DNA from: a virus
Taxonomy: Duplodnaviria > Caudoviricetes
DNA length: 59,499 bases
Virus record (IMG/VR): IMGVR_UViG_3300000123_000002
Span: 1-59,499 of that record
Direction: 5' to 3' (one strand)
The notes beneath the pieces were generated by a model. The model was not told where the DNA came from and did not search any database. It worked only from the letters and a program-made list of their open reading frames with translations. The position numbers were made by a program, and so were the translations under genes. Below, in pieces: positions 1 to 11,013 of this stretch (its first letter is position 1; each line of letters opens with the position of its first letter).

Positions 1-3000
1 ACCCACCCTTATTCAAGTCACCATTTGCATCCTTGCCATAGGTCTGTTCTGCCAACTCTGCCGGACTAACCTTAGCCAAAGTAGTACTAGCACTTTTAGT
101 GAATGCTTTAACAGACTCTCTTATGGCGAAAGGTAAAAAATCTAAAGGTACTGAGTTAGAAACCGTAGTTCTTGAGACACTGACAATTTTTGTCAAATCC
201 TGAACCACACGGCGACTACCTAAGAATACAAACTTACCACTTACGTTAGAAAACGTATGGCCATTAGGTTCATTGTTTTTAGCTACATAATCGGCATACT
301 TTGCTTCATGCATAGGCTTACGCAAAGGCACAACCTTAATCTGATCGTTAGCAACATTTTGGTACACAGCTTCATATAAATCGGTTTTACCTTTGGCAAA
401 AGACTTTTCACTTAGAGTATCTTCAATAAGTTTCTTAGATGTTAGACTAGCATCCCCGAACTCTTCAAAGATTTCAGTTAGGGCTTCTTCACGGTCTTTA
501 CTACTTAGGCCAAGTTCAGAAATGTCACTCCAAGACTTAAGCACCTGCTTACCAGCAAAGTCTTTAAACTCTTCACCACTAATATAAGTTTCAACAGCTT
601 TTTCAAATACAACATCGTCGTAATTAAGAGGAGTAGCATTAGGATCGCTAAGTACTGCTATACCTGCTTTGGCAACAGAATCTACTGCTTCACGCTTTAA
701 GTACCTATCAAGTTTAGCTTCAGTATCAAAGGTTCCATCAAGCAATGCTGCACGCAGTTCATTGTACTCATTAACCTGAGCATCACTAACTTCAGTAGTG
801 GACTCTTCACCTGTTACTAGATCAAGACCTGAATCGATAGCTCTGAAAAGGCTAACAGCTCTTATTTTATTATTGGCAGTATCCTTAGCTGCTTTCTTCT
901 CAGCTTTTTCTTTGTCGGCAACTACCTTAACTGTTTTAACGTTCTCTTCAGTATTTTTAATAAATACAGTCTTATCGCCACTATCTAGTGGGATGTAACC
1001 ATGGGTTTTTAGGCTGAACTGCTTAGCCAGGGCTGCTTTAGTCGTAGAACTCTTGGCATTAGCTATCGCACTATCAAACACAATAGTTGCACCAGCTTTT
1101 ATTGCTGCTTTAACAGCTCTATTAGCTTCTTTGCCGAGTACTGGAAGATCAGACTTCTTGTCCTGAGTCTTCTTAGTACCTGTACTGTTGATAAGAACTA
1201 CATCGTCAGAAGTGTATTCAGTACCGTTTATAACGCCTACATTTGACTTGTAATAGTCTCCATCAGGCTTCCACTTAGCACTTGTTTCTTCGCCCAAGAT
1301 AACTTTGTTTATTCCATTGTTTGAAGGGATAGCCTTATCAAGTTTACCGGTAACTTTGGCCAAGTACTTAGTATCTTCTTGGCGCATTCCTTTAAACTTT
1401 CCTTCTTTTACAGGTACATTAACAGAACCCTTAGATTTAGCTCTAGAGTCAATTTCCTGCAAACCTGAAAGAATGTCAGTAGTATATTTAGCTTTAGCTT
1501 CCTGTAATTTTTTGGTAGCTGTTACATCCGGTGTCCATACGCCATCAACTTTTTTGATGTTTATTTTGTAGAGTTGACCATTATCTTTTACGTACTCAGT
1601 CTTAACCTGTTTAAGTTTGCCAGTAACTACTGAAGACTTATTAAGTTCAATAGCTTTCTGTTCAGCAGCTGCAATGCCTCTGCCTAACGCTTCTTCTGAG
1701 TTAAGTATAGATGTGTACATACTATCAATAGCGTTACGCTCTTTAGTTATTTCAGACTTAATAGGGTTAGAAGATGCAGTTAGTGAGCGAAGTCTATTAA
1801 GGCGAGTGTTATATCCTCTACTACCCGAGGTAGCTTCAACTTCGACTGACTCATAGCTTTTAATGATATCTCTAACATGGCTCTTAGATATGCCGTTTGA
1901 CATACCGAATACTGCAGCCTTAACCTTAAACTCTTTACTTAACTGTTTACCAGAACCTAGTGTAACTCTCATGATTTGTTCAGATACTACTTTACGTTCG
2001 TAGTCATCGTACTCAACTTCTTCGAATTTTGAATCCTCACCTGGCTTAGAACCTAAAGTATTATCACTTGCAGACTCTTTAATCGTTTTACGTACAAGTC
2101 TTTTACCAAGCTTAAGGTTGGAGTTATTAGTTATGAAAGTCTCGAGACTATTAACAACATCAGCATACACTTTTTCACTAGCATCTTGACCTTTTTCTGA
2201 TGAAGTAGTTTGAGTATGTTTAGTACGGTTTAGTGTTTCTAAATCTTCAAGGAACAAACCTATATTACTTTCATTAACGCCACTTTCTTTAGTTGCTTTG
2301 GCAACAGTAACCAATAACTCTTGGTAATCTTTTTTAGCCTTTACTGTAGCATCTTCGCTTGGTACATCTACTGGTGTATCAACAACGGTTTCTGGTTTGG
2401 CTTTTCTTGGTACATTGCTTACCAATGCTTTGGCAACATTAGAAGCAGAAGAAGTAACTCCGCCAAGTAATTCAAATTGTGCTGAACCACCGGCACCTGC
2501 AATAGCGGCCATACCAGCTTCATTAATATTAGATTCGTCAGACAAGAACTTTACAAACGTGTCTTGGTCTTTGAATTTTTCAGAACCAAAACGTGAGTTA
2601 AATAGTTCCATAGAAGTTTGAACGTATTCTTGTCCTGCTTCCGATGTAGCTCCAAGTCCTGTTTTAACAACACCTTTACCTATAACAGTTGCAAAGTTTA
2701 CGAATTCTTTCTCTGTCATTGCCTTAACTGCAGGTACAAGAGCCTGTAGAAGCCCAGGAGTCTTCATAACATTAATATCGACAAACTTATCAAGGTTCTG
2801 ATTAAGCATCTGTACGGCGAATCTACCGGTAAACCATTCAGCCTTATCTTTGCCTTCTAGCTCTACACCATTATTATTACCTACAAATTCTTCATACTGT
2901 TTATTCACGTTACCTAGTGAAGAAGCAATAAAGCCTGCCTGAGATGTAAGGTAAGATTTAGCACCATCTACTGACATGAAAGCTTGAGCTTTTTTGATCT

Positions 3001-3790
3001 TACCTGCAGAACCTGACAACTTACCAGCAGCAACTAATTTATCTACTCTTGAAGCTGTGTTGGCAAACTTACTACCAATACCTACACCTTTAAGGACTAC
3101 ACCAGGAGTTACCCAAGACATTAAGGCACCAAAACTTGTACCTAATAATTCAGGAGTAGAAAAGGCTTCTAACATTCCGTTAGCAACTGCACGAACTCTT
3201 GTAGGTACAGGTTCGTCACTATTTGATGCAGTTTCCCAAGACTTGCCTATGTTCTCCATAGAATCTTCAACAGCTCTTGTATTGTAGCCAAAAGTATCTT
3301 CTACAGCTTTTGTTGTGTCACCTTCTTTATCAAGGTCGTATAAGCCTGTAAGGTCACCGACAGCATCAAGAGGTTTTATTAATAGCTCATTAACGAATGA
3401 AGATGCGAATCCACCTAAAGTATTTAAAGCTCTATTGCCAATAGGTTTTAGGTTAGGGTCATATGCTGTAGGAGCTTTTTTAGCTTCATACTCACTAAAA
3501 AGTTTGGCACCAAGCTCAGTATTAGGTGTGCGTTCTCCCATGCCGTAATCGTTTTGTACATCTACTGGTACATCACTTTGGCTTTCTAGGATAGAAGATC
3601 CAACACCAGATAACGAACTTAACTTGTCGCTACTAGCTGCTTCAAGTCTGTTGCCTCTATCGGTTTCAGGATTTGTTGAAGCTATATTATCAATACCAAC
3701 TTCTTGTTCTGGGACTAAGCTGACTTCATCACTTTGTGGAGTTAAGATAGAACGATTTAATTGGTTTCCGTTACTGGTTTCGATAATCAT
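1..3790 (-). CDS. Giant virion protein, probable virion-encapsidated RNA polymerase (N4 gp50-like), N-terminal part; truncated by the window edge
   Basis: ATG at 3790 (MIIETSNGNQLNRSIL...). The frame was open wherever I translated it, and the ORF is absent from the track, consistent with its stop lying outside the window. Position downstream of 645-aa and 141-aa genes matches N4 gp52-gp51-gp50 order. Polymerase catalytic motifs were not seen in this part. Confidence 0.75.
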   Translation of the reverse strand, partial: MIIETSNGNQLNRSILTPQSDEVSLVPEQEVGIDNIASTNPETDRGNRLEAASSDKLSSLSGVGSSILESQSDVPVDVQNDYGMGERTPNTELGAKLFSEYEAKKAPTAYDPNLKPIGNRALNTLGGFASSFVNELLIKPLDAVGDLTGLYDLDKEGDTTKAVEDTFGYNTRAVEDSMENIGKSWETASNSDEPVPTRVRAVANGMLEAFSTPELLGTSFGALMSWVTPGVVLKGVGIGSKFANTASRVDKLVAAGKLSGSAGKIKKAQAFMSVDGAKSYLTSQAGFIASSLGNVNKQYEEFVGNNNGVELEGKDKAEWFTGRFAVQMLNQNLDKFVDINVMKTPGLLQALVPAVKAMTEKEFVNFATVIGKGVVKTGLGATSEAGQEYVQTSMELFNSRFGSEKFKDQDTFVKFLSDESNINEAGMAAIAGAGGSAQFELLGGVTSSASNVAKALVSNVPRKAKPETVVDTPVDVPSEDATVKAKKDYQELLVTVAKATKESGVNESNIGLFLEDLETLNRTKHTQTTSSEKGQDASEKVYADVVNSLETFITNNSNLKLGKRLVRKTIKESASDNTLGSKPGEDSKFEEVEYDDYERKVVSEQIMRVTLGSGKQLSKEFKVKAAVFGMSNGISKSHVRDIIKSYESVEVEATSGSRGYNTRLNRLRSLTASSNPIKSEITKERNAIDSMYTSILNSEEALGRGIAAAEQKAIELNKSSVVTGKLKQVKTEYVKDNGQLYKINIKKVDGVWTPDVTATKKLQEAKAKYTTDILSGLQEIDSRAKSKGSVNVPVKEGKFKGMRQEDTKYLAKVTGKLDKAIPSNNGINKVILGEETSAKWKPDGDYYKSNVGVINGTEYTSDDVVLINSTGTKKTQDKKSDLPVLGKEANRAVKAAIKAGATIVFDSAIANAKSSTTKAALAKQFSLKTHGYIPLDSGDKTVFIKNTEENVKTVKVVADKEKAEKKAAKDTANNKIRAVSLFRAIDSGLDLVTGEESTTEVSDAQVNEYNELRAALLDGTFDTEAKLDRYLKREAVDSVAKAGIAVLSDPNATPLNYDDVVFEKAVETYISGEEFKDFAGKQVLKSWSDISELGLSSKDREEALTEIFEEFGDASLTSKKLIEDTLSEKSFAKGKTDLYEAVYQNVANDQIKVVPLRKPMHEAKYADYVAKNNEPNGHTFSNVSGKFVFLGSRRVVQDLTKIVSVSRTTVSNSVPLDFLPFAIRESVKAFTKSASTTLAKVSPAELAEQTYGKDANGDLNKGG

Positions 3791-3862
3791 TTAGTGAAGC
3801 CTTTAGGTGATATTTACTATTAAATTTATTTTACATCACTTACTGGCAGTATTACAGTAAAT

Positions 3863-3885
3863 AAAAAAGGAGCCGAAGCCCCTTT
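3863..3885 (-). terminator. Intrinsic terminator
   Basis: Minus strand AAAGGGGC-TTCG-GCTCCTTT followed by T tract, just after the 645-aa gene. Confidence 0.8.
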
Positions 3886-3907
3886 AAAATTTTTTACAGT
3901 ACCAAAA

Positions 3908-5845
3908 CTAGTTCTTAAGATTAGATAACCAGTAGTTATCCCACATATCAGTAGTCTCCTTAGCAACCTTGTCATTATTCCAAGCTTTCTTTCTAGCAGC
4001 TTCTACTCTAGAAGCAGACTTTGATAAAGTACCAGGTTTAACAACATTTCTTGCAGGGCTTCGAGCAGCAGTTTTTGCTGCTACAACTGCGTTAAGAGCT
4101 TCATCAGCCATTTCCTTACTTACACTACTTCTGATTGCTTTACTATTTCTAGTAATGGCTGGAAGCATTGCTTTTGTACCTATATTACCAGCTTTAAACA
4201 AGTTTAATGCAGGAGTAGCAGAGTTTGCAGGTAGTCTGTTAACAAAATTCATAACATCTCTACCAGCTCTACCAGCCTGAGAACCTAAGCTATTATAGTT
4301 TTCAGTTCTATTACGATTAAATTCCTGTTCTTCTGCTGATGGAACGAAATCACTTCCTTCAGGTACATCTCTGTAGAAGTTATTACTAGCGCTAGGAACT
4401 TCAGCACTAGGAGCTTCAGGTAAAGTAGTGGCGGTATCTGGTGAACTTTGAGGTATAACTAATTCAGGTCCAAGATTATAGCCTCTAAGAGAGCTTATAA
4501 TTTCAGGATTAATTAAGTCTCTTATTCTAGTATTATCAGGATTAAACTTAACACCCTGTCTACGAATAGTAGATAAATCTCGGGCTACTTCTACATTAAG
4601 GTTTAATTTAGGAATTCGGCCACCAGATTTTCTACTACCAGACAGCTGCTTGTTCAATGTTTTGGCTAGGTTGATTACATTATCATATGCCGCTGAATCA
4701 GAAGATTGACCAACAAAAGAGTCCTCAATAACACCATAGTCAATAGACTGCTTAATAACTGTGGCAGCAACTACTGGGTTGATACCTTGGCTAAGCATGT
4801 CTTTGTACGCGTCATTTACCCTTTTATTATCTGATGAGCCTATATCGATAGCTTCAAGAATACCATCACCTTTAGCTATGTCGGCAGTTTTAGTATAAGA
4901 GCCTGACTTGCCTGAAGGTTTTCTAGCAGCATTGATAGCAGTCATTGAACGGTTATAGACTGTGTTATTAGCAGTATTAAGGTTCTTAACCCTAGTTGTT
5001 TCACCATCTGTAAGGTCTTTAGCTGTAACACCGCCTGTTTGATTTTCAATAGTTTTGTAAATGGTGTCGTATGGAACATTCTCAAGTATGCTTTTAGGTA
5101 GCTGAGAAATAAACGATTTAACTTTATCAGCTCTGACTAAATACCTGCCTGAAGATATATCCTTATCAATAGCATCTAACCGGCCACCAAATTTTTCTTG
5201 GCTAATTCTGCCTATCAAATCTTGTTTGCCTTTAGCATCAAGAGTTTTAAGTTGGTCACGAGTACCTTTTAAACCCTCCTCGTATTTTTCAACAGCAGCC
5301 AGTTTAGCTGTATGTGTTAAATTAGCTGTAGTACCTAGATACTTCTCATATTTAGCAGAAGCAGCTCTTAGAGATTCGTCAGAACCATCACCAGAGGCAA
5401 AATTAACAAAATCAGACTGAACACCAGATATTAAATCCCTACCACGAGTTATATCTTTAGCTACATTAGGATCTAAAGAGTCCAAAGTGTACTTGGCAGT
5501 ATTGGGATTGTAAGCAGCAGCAGCTTTGTTAAACGCACCCTCAGCAAGACGTTGTTGTTCTTTAACATCAAAAGTTTTTTGTTGTCTGCCTTCCTGAGCA
5601 TTTCTAAATACTAAATTTTCTTTACGTGTTTGAGCAGCAACATTATCTTGTTTGATAAAACGAGCTTGTCTAGAAGCTTCTTTACCAGCACTGATACGTC
5701 GTTGTTCATCAATGTTAAGTTGGCTCTGTTCTTCAGCAGCTTGCTTACCATACATATTAGATAACTGGTTAAGAGATCTACTTATGCCATCAGTAGGATT
5801 TATTAGTGAACCTACGTTGACCTGTCCACTTTTATATCCAGCCAT
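3908..5845 (-). CDS. Internal virion/ejection protein (N4 gp51-like by position and size)
   Basis: 645 aa, helical Ala/Gln/Lys-rich, immediately upstream of the giant ORF. Confidence 0.55.
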   Translation of the reverse strand: MAGYKSGQVNVGSLINPTDGISRSLNQLSNMYGKQAAEEQSQLNIDEQRRISAGKEASRQARFIKQDNVAAQTRKENLVFRNAQEGRQQKTFDVKEQQRLAEGAFNKAAAAYNPNTAKYTLDSLDPNVAKDITRGRDLISGVQSDFVNFASGDGSDESLRAASAKYEKYLGTTANLTHTAKLAAVEKYEEGLKGTRDQLKTLDAKGKQDLIGRISQEKFGGRLDAIDKDISSGRYLVRADKVKSFISQLPKSILENVPYDTIYKTIENQTGGVTAKDLTDGETTRVKNLNTANNTVYNRSMTAINAARKPSGKSGSYTKTADIAKGDGILEAIDIGSSDNKRVNDAYKDMLSQGINPVVAATVIKQSIDYGVIEDSFVGQSSDSAAYDNVINLAKTLNKQLSGSRKSGGRIPKLNLNVEVARDLSTIRRQGVKFNPDNTRIRDLINPEIISSLRGYNLGPELVIPQSSPDTATTLPEAPSAEVPSASNNFYRDVPEGSDFVPSAEEQEFNRNRTENYNSLGSQAGRAGRDVMNFVNRLPANSATPALNLFKAGNIGTKAMLPAITRNSKAIRSSVSKEMADEALNAVVAAKTAARSPARNVVKPGTLSKSASRVEAARKKAWNNDKVAKETTDMWDNYWLSNLKN

Positions 5846-6270
5846 TATGCACCTCCAGTTCTGTAGTTAGCCAAGTTGCTTCTTACTGTGGCTCTTTGGG
5901 CATTATCTAATTTGGCTTGGTTAAGATTTTCTTTTAAACCTGAACGTTGTAGCTTGGCAAGTTTTAGTTGACCGGGCAATGAAGCTAGTTGTGCAAATGA
6001 TGATGCTAATCCAGCATAACCTTGCATATCTGATGCCCCAGGCATACTGAAACCACCTTCAGCTGGTGCAGGTTGGTTAAGTGTCTGAAAACTGCTGGCA
6101 GGTGCTGTTTTTGCAACACCATCAAAAAGACCTAAGCTATTTGTATCCTTCACAGAAAGCGGGTTACTGTAGTTAATAAGTTCTGGGCTTTTGTACGCAG
6201 AAGCTAAACCTGCATTACCATAGCTGAAATCCTTACTTGTATCTGCGAATGCTGATTGACCATATTTCAT
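5845..6270 (-). CDS. Small virion/ejection protein (N4 gp52-like by position)
   Basis: 141 aa, Gly/Ala/Ser-rich, stop/start overlap with the next gene. Confidence 0.5.
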   Translation of the reverse strand: MKYGQSAFADTSKDFSYGNAGLASAYKSPELINYSNPLSVKDTNSLGLFDGVAKTAPASSFQTLNQPAPAEGGFSMPGASDMQGYAGLASSFAQLASLPGQLKLAKLQRSGLKENLNQAKLDNAQRATVRSNLANYRTGGA

Positions 6271-6321
6271 AGTTTTTATCCTATTAGTGACTAAAGTTCT
6301 GTAAATTGTATATGTATCATA

Positions 6322-8205
6322 CTACACCAATAAAATCCCTTCAAACATAGGTTCTTTATAATCAGCAGGACGTAAAGCTTTTTTAGTAGTTTTCTGAACA
6401 TTACCCATGGATAGTGTACCTCCACCCCTTTCATAAGGTAAATCAAATGTTGAAGCATATATAGACCAATCAGCTGTAGCAGGCTTGGAATATATATTCA
6501 TGTATCCTTTCATGATGTCGGTTTCCTTTGCAGATTCTTCAGCCAACGAAGCATACTCTGCTTTTAAATCTACATTCCTACTACTTATACTTTCTATCTT
6601 ACCTAACTGTACTGATGAATATGTGCTGGCAAATTTGTTTATTACATCTAAACTACCGGAGTCTATCGTGCCATCCATAGCATCGGCTAATAGTGAACCT
6701 AAGTCGCCAAACTCGCCTAGTATTGTTTCATAGATAAGATTGTTAAGTTCATCTGTAGCGTACTGTTTTATCGCTTCAGCAGCACCACTTTGTACAAATG
6801 CACCAACTACCATAATTATACTTGCAACAGCCACTAAAGGTTCAAGTGTTTTACTGATCTCTGAAAAAGCTAAAGACCAATCACTCATACCTAAAGCACC
6901 AAACACTGCACTAACTATCGATATAACAAGACCACCGACGATAACTGCAAAAGATGCAGCCATTACTTGTGCAGTCCAAGGAGATGCAGCACCTACACTT
7001 ACAAAGGTAATTACTACCGCAATAATAAATACTACCACTGCAACAAGCTTCTTCCAAAAAGATGCCTTTTTCTTTTTATACCCAGTATCAAGCAGACTAA
7101 ATAAATACTTATTAAGTTTAGTATGGGTAGTACCATAAGCTTTGGGGTTATTTATAACTCCAGCCTTAAAGTACCAAAGGTCACCCTCTTGCACCCAAAA
7201 ACTATCAAATAGCCCAACACCTACTTTACTATCTTCCCAAGTTAGGTACGACCGAGAAACCGTAGTTTCATCAATATCATCTACAGTCTCATAGAATGTA
7301 ACCTTCTTTGCAGCTATTTGGGTAATAAGGCCATTATCCTGATGGATACCTGTACCAGATAAACCTCTCATAGCTTCCCTCAAACCACTAATTTTAAGGG
7401 AATCATATGTAGCTAGTGAGTCATCAGCAATACTTACAACTATTGGGTCTGTTGAGGTAAATTCATGGTATGGAATTTCTATTGTTACAACAGCTGTATT
7501 GTACATAGGTTGAACTGCAACACCTCCAAGACCGAACTCAACCTTTTTTATAGTGCAAGGCATGCCATTAGCTCTTAATGCATTTCTTGATAGTACAGCT
7601 AGCCATGGATCATCAGGTGATAAATCGTCAAGGTCAGGTACTAATATATCAGCATCAGGATCTACAGAGCCTTTATTTATTACACCTACACCTTCCTGAA
7701 CTATCCTATTTGTAGTCCATAAGCTGTCGTAGTTATCTAGTATGCTTTGAGTTATAACTTCCTCAGAAGCATTCCAATCTATGTGTGGTATACCAGACTG
7801 TCTATCAAATCTTTCACCAATAACTATTGTTGTTGTAAGAGTAAGGTCAGATGGCATTACTCCGTCAGTATTATCCCACCACATTCTATTTAGGTTATCC
7901 CTAAAATATGATATATCGATATCCTGGTCTTCTGGACCATTACTCTTGTTTAAGGTAAACCACGCACTCTTTACACCTTCACCACTATAATCTTCTATAT
8001 CATCGTAAACCTTTAGAAACTTGAATAGCTTTTCATAGTTATCAGGTCTAGCAGCAGCCTTGTGGTAATGTCTTCTGGCGTTTAGTACCTCTTCGCCACC
8101 GACAGTAACAGTACCCCAAAGTTTTTTAAGCTTTCTATTAGCGCCTGCTTTAGCAATAAAAGAGTTTACTATAGCTACATTCAAATTAGGTTGGGGTACT
8201 TTCAC
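6322..8205 (-). CDS. Virion structural protein with hydrophobic segments (N4 gp53-like)
   Basis: 627 aa; WKKLVAVVVFIIAVVITFVS and further hydrophobic helices in the C-terminal half; synteny. Confidence 0.55.
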   Translation of the reverse strand: MKVPQPNLNVAIVNSFIAKAGANRKLKKLWGTVTVGGEEVLNARRHYHKAAARPDNYEKLFKFLKVYDDIEDYSGEGVKSAWFTLNKSNGPEDQDIDISYFRDNLNRMWWDNTDGVMPSDLTLTTTIVIGERFDRQSGIPHIDWNASEEVITQSILDNYDSLWTTNRIVQEGVGVINKGSVDPDADILVPDLDDLSPDDPWLAVLSRNALRANGMPCTIKKVEFGLGGVAVQPMYNTAVVTIEIPYHEFTSTDPIVVSIADDSLATYDSLKISGLREAMRGLSGTGIHQDNGLITQIAAKKVTFYETVDDIDETTVSRSYLTWEDSKVGVGLFDSFWVQEGDLWYFKAGVINNPKAYGTTHTKLNKYLFSLLDTGYKKKKASFWKKLVAVVVFIIAVVITFVSVGAASPWTAQVMAASFAVIVGGLVISIVSAVFGALGMSDWSLAFSEISKTLEPLVAVASIIMVVGAFVQSGAAEAIKQYATDELNNLIYETILGEFGDLGSLLADAMDGTIDSGSLDVINKFASTYSSVQLGKIESISSRNVDLKAEYASLAEESAKETDIMKGYMNIYSKPATADWSIYASTFDLPYERGGGTLSMGNVQKTTKKALRPADYKEPMFEGILLV

Positions 8206-8217
8206 TTTTTTCTCCTA

Positions 8218-9102
8218 TTAAGCCGGTATAGCTTCATCAGCAGCCGAGCTAGCAACACTTAAGTTTTCTGCACACTTAACTACTGCGTCAAACAGTTTAA
8301 GCTCATTCGAACCTGGATTGAACGAGAAGTCTCCAGAAGCTATTGCAGTACCTAACATAGATGCTGAGCCAGTTAGAGAGTTAGCCCAAGCATTATATGT
8401 GTAGCCTTTACCTTGCTCGATAGCTATCTGTTGCTGGGTATCACTAAGTGTTACATTACTAGGGTCAACACGGGTAATAGAACTAAACCCATCACCACTA
8501 GGATCATAAGAATAAGTAAAGGTACCAAAATTGGTATAGGTATCTGCGACTACTTTATGAATAGCTGCTGCAGACTCAAGTACTTTAGAATCTAATAACT
8601 CTTTCTCAACAACAGCATTGGTTGTCTGCTGAGTAACAAGTAACATATCATTCCATACTTTACCTGTTTCAGTAAGACTAATTACAGCACCACTAGCTAC
8701 GTCAAAAGTTGCAACACCGTGCATACGTCTTGACTCAATTAATGCGATTCTAGTTTGATCTTCTACCTGCTTAACTTGAGCTGTTTTCAATAGTAGCTCT
8801 TGGTTCTGTATAAGTAATTGTTGGTCTAGTTCCAATTTCTTTAAGGCTAATTCTTTTTCATACTTAGCCCACTCTAAGGCAGTAGCCATACTAGAACTAG
8901 TTATGCCATTCACCATACTACCTACAACATTACTTATTGCAGATGCTTTATCTGTACTGTTTATATCGCCTTCTTCGAATAACTGAACCAAAGTTTCTTT
9001 GGCACGAATATAAACAGACTCACCATCAAGTGATTCTTTAACTAGTGATTCATATTTTGCTACCACATCTAATGGTATGCTTACTGCGCTTGTATCTGAC
9101 AT
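8218..9102 (-). CDS. Structural protein (N4 gp54-like)
   Basis: 294 aa, coiled-coil Gln/Glu/Lys segment; size and synteny. Confidence 0.55.
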   Translation of the reverse strand: MSDTSAVSIPLDVVAKYESLVKESLDGESVYIRAKETLVQLFEEGDINSTDKASAISNVVGSMVNGITSSSMATALEWAKYEKELALKKLELDQQLLIQNQELLLKTAQVKQVEDQTRIALIESRRMHGVATFDVASGAVISLTETGKVWNDMLLVTQQTTNAVVEKELLDSKVLESAAAIHKVVADTYTNFGTFTYSYDPSGDGFSSITRVDPSNVTLSDTQQQIAIEQGKGYTYNAWANSLTGSASMLGTAIASGDFSFNPGSNELKLFDAVVKCAENLSVASSAADEAIPA

Positions 9103-9129
9103 TAAATTATTCCTATTAGTTAATAACTG

Positions 9130-10980
9130 TTACGTTATTGTTTCACCGTCTTTAAACACTTGTATAAGTACTTTCTGTGCAGCGTGTATGAATGAGTATC
9201 CCAAATTCTTTTCAATAGTTACAGAGTAACTTCCTGATACACCACTAGCTATAGCAACTACTAATGGCCTGGACTGAGCAATTACATTACCATCAGGATA
9301 TGCTGCAATAGCTTTCATACTAAATGTATCCACTTCTGTAGAGTCTTGAAAAAGCCTGAACGTTCCACCAACCTTACCAATACTCGTTAACGTTACAGGC
9401 TCAAGCTCAGTTACTAAACCACTAACAACAATAGTTCTGTTGAATGGCATTGAACTGACAGAGAAGTTTAGTACTGTCCTACCATCACCGTCAAATGAGC
9501 TAGTTTGTGCTGCTGTAACCTTAGCTTTTAAATCAGTAACATCACCTACTATTTTTTCTGCTTGGACAGTTCCTTTGAACCCTGCACCTGTACTATCTGA
9601 ATAGAAGTATGGTGTACGAATAGCATCACTTGAATCAAGTATTACACCACTAGCAGCATACTTACCAGACAAGGTTGTATTGGCTCCTGAGTACATGTAC
9701 CTACTGGTAATAGACCATCCACCTATTGAACCTGCTTCTGCTTTAACCTTACCAGTTTTATCTACGCTAAAATCAGCATCAGCTCCAGCGACAGCACCTA
9801 CCCATATTCTGTAAAGAGCATCAGCACCTGACATAACAGATATATTAGTACCTGAACCTGCTTTAAGTGCTGTAGATGCACTTATAACATTACCATTTAA
9901 TGACCCGACAGTTATTTCAGGTGTCTCTATAACTAGACCGTTAGCATCAATAGCAAACTTAGCCTCAACACCAGGAAATGCTGGACTTGTTAGTACAAAA
10001 GTTTCTGCGTTAACTCTGAATTTACTGTTGAACCTAGTTGCTTCAGTAAGACCATCTTTACCTACCTGAGAAACACCTGTAATATCCAAACCAAAACCAG
10101 CATCATAAATAAGACCATCCATTATAATAGTGCTGTCAAAAGCAAATTTATTTTCTACTGACACAGAAGAAGCGTCTGCGTAAGACTTGCTTGAGATTTC
10201 TAAGGCGTTAAGAGAAGTAGCTACATGACCTGTAGGACCAGTTACTTCATTTTCTAAGTCTACGAACCACTGACTTTCAGATATCACACCTGGATTATCA
10301 TCATCAGGAGCAAGTCCTACGAAAGTTTGTAGACCGGTTACCGCATCAGCGGTAGCTGCTAGGGCAGAGCCTTGAGAATTAAACACTACTGTTAACGCAG
10401 TTATGCTATCAGCGTTAGCACTATCACCATTGGCAAAAGCTGTATTTACTTGTGTAATACGAGCATTTATATCATCACTAAATTCTGCTCTGAGGTCTGA
10501 TGCTTGTACAGCTAAAGCAGATTCTGTATCAGCCTTAACAATGTCTAAGTTAACTATGGTAGCGAACTTACCATCAATAGTTGCATTAAGCGTATCTAGG
10601 TGTGTTCCTATGATACTGTCAACATCACCAGAGAAGTTTATTTGCTCTACATAAGTATTAGCAGCAACGTCAATAGAGTCTATTGCATTTCTAACATCTT
10701 GAACAAGTTGGTCATAGTCTGACAAACCAGCAGATACACTAGTATCTACAACATTATTAATTAAGTCGGTTAGCCATGAGGGTGCAGCATCGGTATTGAT
10801 ACCTGCGTAAAAAGCGTCACCTACAATGGAGTACTCTTTTTTTACAGCAAGTATATCTTTATTGGAGAGCTGTGTTACAGAATTTGAGCTTGAATTAGCT
10901 ACTATTTCAGTAGCTTCTTTGGTTAACAATTCTGTTGTATCAAGTGTAACAGTAGTTGTTGGTGTGACATCTGTAGACAT
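9130..10980 (-). CDS. Tail fibre/tail-tip protein (coiled coil followed by a host-specificity J C-terminal-like region)
   Basis: 616 aa; heptad-like Ala/Thr-rich stalk then AGFGL...SKFRVNAETF, reminiscent of J-type C-terminal domains. Confidence 0.5.
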   Translation of the reverse strand: MSTDVTPTTTVTLDTTELLTKEATEIVANSSSNSVTQLSNKDILAVKKEYSIVGDAFYAGINTDAAPSWLTDLINNVVDTSVSAGLSDYDQLVQDVRNAIDSIDVAANTYVEQINFSGDVDSIIGTHLDTLNATIDGKFATIVNLDIVKADTESALAVQASDLRAEFSDDINARITQVNTAFANGDSANADSITALTVVFNSQGSALAATADAVTGLQTFVGLAPDDDNPGVISESQWFVDLENEVTGPTGHVATSLNALEISSKSYADASSVSVENKFAFDSTIIMDGLIYDAGFGLDITGVSQVGKDGLTEATRFNSKFRVNAETFVLTSPAFPGVEAKFAIDANGLVIETPEITVGSLNGNVISASTALKAGSGTNISVMSGADALYRIWVGAVAGADADFSVDKTGKVKAEAGSIGGWSITSRYMYSGANTTLSGKYAASGVILDSSDAIRTPYFYSDSTGAGFKGTVQAEKIVGDVTDLKAKVTAAQTSSFDGDGRTVLNFSVSSMPFNRTIVVSGLVTELEPVTLTSIGKVGGTFRLFQDSTEVDTFSMKAIAAYPDGNVIAQSRPLVVAIASGVSGSYSVTIEKNLGYSFIHAAQKVLIQVFKDGETIT

Positions 10981-11013
10981 ATTTATTAACCTGGATTATT
11001 TAGTGGTACATAA

